64,000 nucleotides of DNA, from contig JBHLLT010000002.1 of assembly GCA_048938855.1 (NCBI GenBank), positions 32,001-96,000 of the forward strand, read 5' to 3'. The notes under the pieces are model-generated. The model did not search any database. It saw only the letters and a list, made by a program, of their open reading frames with translations, and had not been told where the DNA came from. Both the position numbers and the translations under genes were made by a program. The stretch comes from Promethearchaeota archaeon (GTDB taxonomy: Archaea > Asgardarchaeota > Lokiarchaeia > Sigyniarchaeales > SOKP01). Below, piece by piece: positions 56,633-64,000 of the stretch; within the stretch, counting starts at the first letter, position 1, and the number at the start of each line of letters is the position of its first letter.

Positions 56633-58021
56633 ATGGAAAACATACAAAAAACTTTTGACGTGATAGTTGTTGGTGCTGGCACTGGAGGTACTACTGCTGC
56701 TAGATTTGCAGCTAAAAAAGGGTTAAATGTGTGTTTGATTGATGGAAAACAAAAAGAGAAAATCGGGGATAAAATATGCGGTGATGCTGTAGGAAATGAA
56801 ATTTTTGATATTTTACAAATAAATCATCCTAGAGATGAAGAATTATCATGCCATATAAAAGGAGCGAAATTATATTCACCAAATCAAAAAAAATGTATTA
56901 CATTAGTAGATCCAAAACAAGCAGGATATATTGTAAATAGATTAGAATTTGGCCAAAGATTATTGAATGAGGCTCTCGATTCTGGAGTAAATCAATTTTT
57001 GGATAAAACGATGGCATTAGAATTACTTTACAAAAATGGAACAACAAGTGGAATTAAAGTTAAATTAGCAAATGGAGAAAAAGTGAATTTATCAGCAAAA
57101 GTAGTAATTGATGCAAGTGGTTTTTATTCTCCTTTGAGAAAGAAAATTAATAGTAAAATTATAGAAAAAAATATTTTAAAAGAAGATAGTATTCTATGTT
57201 ATCGTGAAATTGTAAAAATGGAAGATCAACAAGTTCAAGATCCTGAATACATCACAATAATTCTCGATCAGGAGAAAGCTCCAGGAGGATACATCTGGTA
57301 CTTTCCAAGAAATCAATGTTCCGTAAATATTGGGATTGGTACATTTATGGAATATGGAGGAAAAGTAAAAGAATTCTATAAAAAAAATGTATTTCAAGAA
57401 TATGTGAAAACTAGTAATTTTGACATTCTTTCCTCAGGTGGAGGGGTTGTTCCAGTCAGAAGACCTCTATGGTCATGTGTGGATGATGGATTTATGCTTG
57501 TAGGAGATGCAGCATGCCAAGTTAATCCTCTTCATGGCGGTGGGATAGATCCCTCTATGAGGGCAGGATATCATGCTGCAAACTCGGCTATTATGGCAAT
57601 AGAAGTGGATAATAATTCGATCAATACATTATGGGAATATAATCATAAAGTGATGACAAGTTTTGGAGCAGAATTTGCCTCATTAGATTTATTAAGAATT
57701 GTTCTTCAATCACTCTCCAATGCCGATTTGAATTTTGGTTTAGAACGTGATTTATTAAGAGGAGAAGAAATCTTAGAAATATCCTCAACTGGAGGGTTAA
57801 ATTTATCTTTAGTTGACATGGCTGTCAAGGCATTTAAAGGAATTTCTAATCCAAATTTATTATTAGATCTTAACTATCTTAGGATAAAAATGAACGCTAT
57901 TTCTAAACTATACAAGAATTTTCCCCTAAATTTAGACGGATTTCCAGATTGGAAGGAAAAGGTCATTGAAATCTATAATAAAATTAAAAAAATGATTATA
58001 ATTAAGAAAAAAAGTAAATAA
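56633..58021 (+). CDS. Digeranylgeranylglycerophospholipid (geranylgeranyl) reductase
   Basis: VVGAG.GG, K.CGD, PGGY.WYFP, GDAA..VNPLHGGGI. Confidence 0.88.
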   Translation: MENIQKTFDVIVVGAGTGGTTAARFAAKKGLNVCLIDGKQKEKIGDKICGDAVGNEIFDILQINHPRDEELSCHIKGAKLYSPNQKKCITLVDPKQAGYIVNRLEFGQRLLNEALDSGVNQFLDKTMALELLYKNGTTSGIKVKLANGEKVNLSAKVVIDASGFYSPLRKKINSKIIEKNILKEDSILCYREIVKMEDQQVQDPEYITIILDQEKAPGGYIWYFPRNQCSVNIGIGTFMEYGGKVKEFYKKNVFQEYVKTSNFDILSSGGGVVPVRRPLWSCVDDGFMLVGDAACQVNPLHGGGIDPSMRAGYHAANSAIMAIEVDNNSINTLWEYNHKVMTSFGAEFASLDLLRIVLQSLSNADLNFGLERDLLRGEEILEISSTGGLNLSLVDMAVKAFKGISNPNLLLDLNYLRIKMNAISKLYKNFPLNLDGFPDWKEKVIEIYNKIKKMIIIKKKSK

Positions 58022-58040
58022 TCATAAAGATGTGAAATAA

Positions 58041-58859
58041 ATGGTTGATATTGTAATTGATGAATACATTGAAAAAAGTACCTACGAATATATAATTAAA
58101 AAAATTAATAATGAAGGAGCTTTACATTTTTCATTAATTGATCCTGATCCATTAAGACAAGGCCCGGCAAAAGCAGCAAAAATGGCAAAACATGCTGAGG
58201 ATGCAGGAACTGATGGGATCTTAATTGGAGGTAGCACTGTATTTGATCAAACTTTTGTGGATAAAACAATTCAAGCAATAAAAGATAAAGTAAATGTGCC
58301 TCTTATAATATTTCCGGGAGGAATAAGTAATGTCTCTCAATATGCTGATGCTATTTTATTTATGTCATTGTTGAACTCATCTGATCCTTATTTTATTATC
58401 GGTCAACAGGCACTTGCTTCATATACAATTAAATCGTATAATTTGGAATATATTTCAATGGGTTATTTAATAATCGAACCTGGAGCGACCGCAGGCTGGA
58501 TTGGAAAAGCAAATTTATTACCTAGAAATAAGCCCAAACTAACTGCTGCATACGCTTTAGCAGCTGAAATGATGGGTTTTAAACTTCTCTATTTAGAAGC
58601 AGGTTCTGGTAGCGAAAAAGTTCCAATTGAACATATTAAAACATGCACTTCAGTTATAAATATACCGATAATTGCTGGAGGAGGAGTTGAAAATGAAGAG
58701 GATGCGAAAGCTTTCGTCGAGGCAGGAGCAGATATTGTTGTTATGGGAACATACATAGAAAATCATATCTTAAAAGATAATGGAAACTCATTAAAAGCTA
58801 TTATTGATGAGATTAAAAATACAGGAAAAACCCAGAAAAAAAATTTCTCACTATTATAG
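58041..58859 (+). CDS. Geranylgeranylglyceryl phosphate synthase (group II)
   Basis: LIDPD, IGGS, IFPG, SLLNS, YLEAGSG, GGG. Confidence 0.93.
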   Translation: MVDIVIDEYIEKSTYEYIIKKINNEGALHFSLIDPDPLRQGPAKAAKMAKHAEDAGTDGILIGGSTVFDQTFVDKTIQAIKDKVNVPLIIFPGGISNVSQYADAILFMSLLNSSDPYFIIGQQALASYTIKSYNLEYISMGYLIIEPGATAGWIGKANLLPRNKPKLTAAYALAAEMMGFKLLYLEAGSGSEKVPIEHIKTCTSVINIPIIAGGGVENEEDAKAFVEAGADIVVMGTYIENHILKDNGNSLKAIIDEIKNTGKTQKKNFSLL

Positions 58860-58872
58860 AATTGAAGCAATT

Positions 58873-59745
58873 ATGAAACTAAAAGATACCATTGAAATTC
58901 TTCGTCCTATTAATGATCTAATGGGAAGCTTAACTGTAATTATTGGTATCTTAAATACCAGATCAGGTATTGAACCTATTATCTTGATTTTAAATGGTGT
59001 TTTGGGGGTTCTAACTTACTTCTTTATAGCTGGAGGAGGAATGGTAATAAATGATTACTATGATATTGAAATCGATAAAATAAATCGCCCTGAAAGACCT
59101 ATACCGAGGGGGGCAATTACATTAAAGCAAGCAAAATTTATATGGATATTAACTGTTTTAATCGGAATTATAATTGCTATAATTCATAGTATTTTGTTTA
59201 ATATTGGATACTTAAATATTATTATCGCTGTTTTTTTTGCATTTATAGGCTGGTTATATGCTGCCTGGGGTAAGAAAAGCGGATTTATGGGAAATATTAT
59301 TGTTAGTGTCTCCTTTTCGATTGGAATGGTTTATGGGGCGATTCTGAATAATTCTAATGTGCCTCCGTATATATATTTCTTCTTCTTGACGTCATTTTTC
59401 CTTTTACTTTCTCGAGAGGTTATTAAAGGATGTGAAGATATTGAAGGAGATAAAAATGAAGGTGTTAAAACCTTAGCAATTCGGATTGGAATTAAAAAAG
59501 CCACAATTTCTTCTCTAACATTTGCTGTGTTAGCAGTAGTTTTCTTCATTTTACCCTATTTTACTAACATTTTAAATCCTATGTTATTCTTGATTTCTAT
59601 GGTCTTCGGCATTGCTGTAGTTGTATATACAATTATATTAATGTTAAAAAGCAATTTAGAAAGAAAGGATTTTAAAAGAATTAGTTTACTACTAAAAATA
59701 TCCATGTTTCTTGGTTTAGTTGCTTTTATCTTTGCTAGCTTCTAA
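58873..59745 (+). CDS. DGGGP synthase (UbiA family)
   Basis: INDYYD.EID.INRP.RPIPRG, REVIK..ED..GD; likely ATG at 58873. Confidence 0.9.
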   Translation: MKLKDTIEILRPINDLMGSLTVIIGILNTRSGIEPIILILNGVLGVLTYFFIAGGGMVINDYYDIEIDKINRPERPIPRGAITLKQAKFIWILTVLIGIIIAIIHSILFNIGYLNIIIAVFFAFIGWLYAAWGKKSGFMGNIIVSVSFSIGMVYGAILNNSNVPPYIYFFFLTSFFLLLSREVIKGCEDIEGDKNEGVKTLAIRIGIKKATISSLTFAVLAVVFFILPYFTNILNPMLFLISMVFGIAVVVYTIILMLKSNLERKDFKRISLLLKISMFLGLVAFIFASF

Positions 59746-61155
59746 AAATTTCAAAAGCCTATTAAAATCTTTTTTATCAACAATATCTCTGAATTTAATT
59801 TTGGATTTTTCATCGATTACACTATATGGAAAAGTCTGAATTAACTTTCTTGCTTGAGTTAGCCCTAAATATTTTCTAGTATAATCTGCATCAGAATATT
59901 TGTATGTTGTGAGGAATTCACTATCTAATTTTGCTCTAAAAGCTTCTAATATAAAATTAAAATAATCTTTGAGTAATTTCTGATCATTTAGTATCATCTC
60001 TGGCTCAATAAATAATTGAATTGGATGAGTTCTATAGGTATTTCCCGATACATAAATTCCATCAACTTTAAAATCTTCAGCAATTATTCCTAATCCGACT
60101 CTTCCATTATAAGAACCTGTATCAACTGTCCGAACATATAAAATGTTTGACATAATTTTTTTTTTAAAATTATCATTAACATGAAGAATTAACCTTTTAT
60201 ATTCACTATTTTGATAGTTATTAGCATCTATCGCTATTATTTCATTTTTTCCCTGATTTCTCATTACTTTATCCCTTAATAAATAATAATTTACATTCAA
60301 CGGCTTTTGGGCATAGTATCTCTTAAGAAATTCCTCGAATTCAAAGCCAGCTCGGTATTTAAATTCTGGTTTAAGTATATATCTTTTTTCAATAACATCA
60401 TTTTGTTTTCTTATTTTAACTCCATTAAATTCCACCTTTTCAGACTTAGGCTCTCCTTTTCTTTTGAAGAAACCAATACAGATATTTGTTCCTGTGTATT
60501 CAAAGATTTTAATTTCGAATATTATCATTTTGGAAATTTTATAGTAATTAAGGAAATCTTTCCGGAATTTATTAGAAACAGATGCACCAAATAGGAAATT
60601 TGATGGTATTATGTAAATTATATTTTCAATCTCATTTCTCAAATCATTAATCATAGCAATTTGGTATAAATCTTGATAACCATTGTTTTTACCTTTAAAA
60701 AGCGTTAAATGTTTTTGAGTTTCTTTGTGCTTTCTAATATAACCTAAATATAAATATGGGGGATTAGTTATGTGAAATAAAGGAAATTTTGAACTTTTCA
60801 GGAATTTAGGAAAGCTTTCTAAATTATCTCGTAATTGAATATTTTCCTCGGCAATTTCTGGTGGGATACCAAAATCTATTGCATTATTAATACATTTATA
60901 AACCATTTCTGATTGAACATCAGATAAAAAAATATGTTCCTTAAAAAATTGAAGTCTCTGTTCAATTGGAATTGAATCTAAAATAGGTAATATTAAATTT
61001 CCTTGCCCTGCAAATAAGTCAATCCAGGTAAAATCCCATAATTTTGTTTCTATTTCAGGAAATATGTATTTTAAAAATATATCTTTTGAAGTTAAATGAA
61101 TCCCTAAGGATCTTCGATGTTTATTCTCTTTTATGTCCTGTATCTTCTTCTCCAT
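59716..61155 (-). CDS. Orphan amino-(N6/N4) DNA methyltransferase
   Basis: DLFAGQG (motif I), ITNPPY (motif IV), IIPSNFL. Confidence 0.8.
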   Translation of the reverse strand: MEKKIQDIKENKHRRSLGIHLTSKDIFLKYIFPEIETKLWDFTWIDLFAGQGNLILPILDSIPIEQRLQFFKEHIFLSDVQSEMVYKCINNAIDFGIPPEIAEENIQLRDNLESFPKFLKSSKFPLFHITNPPYLYLGYIRKHKETQKHLTLFKGKNNGYQDLYQIAMINDLRNEIENIIYIIPSNFLFGASVSNKFRKDFLNYYKISKMIIFEIKIFEYTGTNICIGFFKRKGEPKSEKVEFNGVKIRKQNDVIEKRYILKPEFKYRAGFEFEEFLKRYYAQKPLNVNYYLLRDKVMRNQGKNEIIAIDANNYQNSEYKRLILHVNDNFKKKIMSNILYVRTVDTGSYNGRVGLGIIAEDFKVDGIYVSGNTYRTHPIQLFIEPEMILNDQKLLKDYFNFILEAFRAKLDSEFLTTYKYSDADYTRKYLGLTQARKLIQTFPYSVIDEKSKIKFRDIVDKKDFNRLLKFLEASKDKSN

Positions 61156-61194
61156 ATGAGTTAGTTTTATTAGTAATTAAGTCTCAATAAGTTT

Positions 61195-63435
61195 ATGATT
61201 AATTGGATTATAATGATATTTTATCAACTTTATACTTTAGGGTATCTAAATCTTGAGCAAATTTTCCTGACAAACTTGCCATTATTAATAATATTTCGTG
61301 GAATATATGCCATTACTTACTATTTCAACTACAAGGATCGCAATAACGAATTAGAAGGAGAAGTAAAATTATTCACAAAATTAGAGAAAATATACTTTAG
61401 CATTAAACAAATTTCTATAATTCTCTTTGGAATGACATATTTTCCAATAACAATTTTTATATGTTTCTATTCGCTATTAGTGAGCAGTAACTTTATTAAA
61501 CAAATAGGAGAATTTCTTAGGTCAAAACCATTTAGACTATTAGCAAAACTAATTAACTTTCTTGCTCCTTTAATCGGAATTATCTGGTTTCTCTTAATTG
61601 AAGTCGACTATTATTCAATTGCGGCAGTTGGAATCAGTATATTAGTCTATTTAAATTATGGGATAAAAAATTCCACTCTTTCTCTCCCTAAGTTAATAGC
61701 AAAATATAATAAAAGATATTTTAATAAATTCCCCAAAATTACTCAAATTGTACTAATGTTTTTACTAGTCGCAACACCAACAACTATTTTCTCTTTATCT
61801 GCTGCGTATGCCCCTCCGGATAAGAAGACTTATATGATTGAAATGCGGGATGGTATAAGATTAGCTACTGATGTCTATTTTGCTCCAGGATCATTTGGAG
61901 CACCTCGACCAATTATTCTTATTAGAACGCCCTATGGCAAAAATGGAATGGATATATATAGGACTTTCTACTCTACACAAGATTATCATTTAGTTATGCA
62001 AGATTTAAGAGGAACCTATGATTCTGAAGGAGGTGCTAATTTCTTAATATTTTCTAAATCATATCAGGATGGCGTTGATACTATCGATTGGATAATGGAT
62101 CAAAGTTGGTGCAATGGTAAAATTGCAAGTGCTGGTGCTTCAGCTCTTTGTATAAATCAATATTTTTATGCAGGAATGAATCCAGAAGGACTCGTAGCCC
62201 AACAATTGTGGTTTGGAACACCGGAACTATTTGATCATGCAATTTATCAAGGATCTTATCATCAATCCCTAGTTGAAACATGGATAGAAGGTGTTGCTCC
62301 TGATAATTTCGATCATCATATGAATACTATATTTAATTTATTCCCAAAAAACGAAACTTTATACAACTCAACATCCTTATCAATACCTATTGGACCACAT
62401 TATTCGAACGTTTCTGTAGCAGGAATCCATGTTGGGGGATGGTATGACCACTTTCTTCAAGGCACTATTGATGGTTACATTGGATATGATGATTATGGTG
62501 CTTCTAGTGCTCGTGGAAAGCAAAAACTAATCATGGGCCCATGGACACATGTTAACTTGTTTGGTTCCACTAGACAGGGAGAATTAACATATCCCAAAAA
62601 TTCAGTAGGTTTTGATTTAGCATTTGGATGGGAACAAGACGTTTTCAATTATGCTCTTTTAGGTAAACCCACAGATTGGAATGAAGCTAGGGTCGCTTAT
62701 TACTTAATGGGCGATGTAAATACTACTTCAGACGATTGGAATTATTGGAGATATGCATATGATTGGCCACTAGATTATGTAGATGATAAGTGGTATTTCA
62801 CATCTACAAATGGTATAATCAATAGTACATTGCCAGTATTAAATAAAAACTTTAGTTATCTTTATGACCCTAGAGATCCAGTACCGAATAGAGGCGGACA
62901 AAATGAACCCTTCGATATTGAAGGACCATATGACCAGAGACCTGTTGAAAATAGACCTGATGTAATTATTTTTGAAACACCGGTTTTGACTGAGGCTGTT
63001 GAAATTGTAGGAAGAATTTGGGGTAATTTATTTGTGACTTCAAACTGCACAGATACAGATTTCACAGTAAAATTAACTGATGTGTACCCAAATGGGCATT
63101 CTATGTTAATAACTGATGGTTCTCTAACAACTCGCTCAAGATATAATTACACTACCGATGTGTTTATGTCTGGAAACACTTTAGATGTCTATGAATTATT
63201 AGTTGATTGTTGGTCTACAGCTTATGTATTTGCTCCAGGGCATAAAATACGAGTAGCTATATCGAGTTCAAATTATGCACGCTTTGCTGCAAACCCAAAC
63301 ACTGGAGCTCCTTTTGCCACTAACTACTTGAAATATAATTTAGCAAATAATACTCTACTAACTGGCCCAGATTATCCCTCATGTATAATATTACCAAGAT
63401 TAGTTAATATGAGTAGTACACACTTTTTATTTTAA
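61195..63435 (+). CDS. CocE/NonD (peptidase S15-like) hydrolase with N-terminal TM region
   Basis: MRDG.RLATD, RTPYGK, G.SA, GGWYD, GPWTH, DTDF.VKL.DV.P.G. Confidence 0.9.
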   Translation: MINWIIMIFYQLYTLGYLNLEQIFLTNLPLLIIFRGIYAITYYFNYKDRNNELEGEVKLFTKLEKIYFSIKQISIILFGMTYFPITIFICFYSLLVSSNFIKQIGEFLRSKPFRLLAKLINFLAPLIGIIWFLLIEVDYYSIAAVGISILVYLNYGIKNSTLSLPKLIAKYNKRYFNKFPKITQIVLMFLLVATPTTIFSLSAAYAPPDKKTYMIEMRDGIRLATDVYFAPGSFGAPRPIILIRTPYGKNGMDIYRTFYSTQDYHLVMQDLRGTYDSEGGANFLIFSKSYQDGVDTIDWIMDQSWCNGKIASAGASALCINQYFYAGMNPEGLVAQQLWFGTPELFDHAIYQGSYHQSLVETWIEGVAPDNFDHHMNTIFNLFPKNETLYNSTSLSIPIGPHYSNVSVAGIHVGGWYDHFLQGTIDGYIGYDDYGASSARGKQKLIMGPWTHVNLFGSTRQGELTYPKNSVGFDLAFGWEQDVFNYALLGKPTDWNEARVAYYLMGDVNTTSDDWNYWRYAYDWPLDYVDDKWYFTSTNGIINSTLPVLNKNFSYLYDPRDPVPNRGGQNEPFDIEGPYDQRPVENRPDVIIFETPVLTEAVEIVGRIWGNLFVTSNCTDTDFTVKLTDVYPNGHSMLITDGSLTTRSRYNYTTDVFMSGNTLDVYELLVDCWSTAYVFAPGHKIRVAISSSNYARFAANPNTGAPFATNYLKYNLANNTLLTGPDYPSCIILPRLVNMSSTHFLF

Positions 63436-63469
63436 TAAATGAAAAAGTAAAGTAAAAAAAAATAAAATT

Positions 63470-64000
63470 TTAACCTCTTTTTTTATATTTTTCAGCTTTA
63501 TAGATTTTATAGAAGTCTTCAAGAGTACTAAGTGCTACTAAAGCTATTAATAAACCTGTAATTCCTCTAAAAATTCCATAAAATTCTGGTGCAAGTCCTA
63601 TATTGATAAGAGCATCTCCAGGTTCGTTTACAACTAGTATTGGAAATATTTCTGGTCTATTCATCATCAAGATTATAACTGAAATTGAAGCGAGTTTTAC
63701 ACCAATAGTAATTCCATGAATTACCTGATGAGCGAACATTTGGCGATTTCCGATTAATCCTCGATTTAAATTTAAAATCCCTTCAAATAGCATGAACATA
63801 CCTGCGAACTGTAAGTATAAAAGAAATTCTGGGTCAATTAGGCTTGTTATAGCGGGAATGGGTTGTGCTATTAAGAAAACTCCGAAGATGATTCCAAGTA
63901 TGCCACCGATAATTTCTCCTACTGGTTTTATAAATGGTTTCGTTGGCATTTTCCTTATCTCTGAATCAGGAATTCCTTGTTCACGAGCAATTTCAAGTTG
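63470..64000 (-). CDS. Membrane protein (3' part; 5' end outside the window)
   Basis: The frame stays open to the window edge (QLEIAREQGIPDSEIRKMPT...); several TM segments. Confidence 0.6.
   Translation of the reverse strand, partial: QLEIAREQGIPDSEIRKMPTKPFIKPVGEIIGGILGIIFGVFLIAQPIPAITSLIDPEFLLYLQFAGMFMLFEGILNLNRGLIGNRQMFAHQVIHGITIGVKLASISVIILMMNRPEIFPILVVNEPGDALINIGLAPEFYGIFRGITGLLIALVALSTLEDFYKIYKAEKYKKRG

Noticed and set aside
5464-63065. Numerous short antisense or nested ORFs in the track (e.g. 5464..5814, 24499..24990, 49994..50437, 22741..22923)
   Set aside because: They overlap well-supported genes on the opposite strand or are low-complexity AT-rich intergenic reads.
1-64000. CRISPR arrays, rRNA genes, transposases or integrases
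   Set aside because: No regularly spaced repeats, rRNA-like segments or recombinase motifs were seen.

Overview
AT-rich archaeal chromosomal window with an Asgard (Lokiarchaeia-like) gene complement. It contains Sec machinery (selB/EFSec, tRNA-Sec, SepSecS), Vps28, roadblock, longin-like, Yip1 and LITAF-like genes, rpl11-rpl1-rpl10-rpl12-secY, rpl34e-cmk-rpl14e, rps2, shikimate genes, an ether-lipid operon and two orphan DNA methyltransferases. The main result is evidence for tRNA-type bulge-helix-bulge (BHB) introns inside protein-coding genes. rpl11 is split by two short introns (37 and 36 nt) around a 21-nt micro-exon, and an unannotated 56-aa zinc-ribbon gene is split by a 29-nt intron. 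In each case the BHB-predicted cut sites exactly restore the reading frame. The window also holds two tRNA genes with three BHB introns each: tRNA-Ser(GGA) and a rare tRNA-Ile(UAU). At least three genes can only start at ATT/ATA. All calls come from manual reading and folding; no searches were run.
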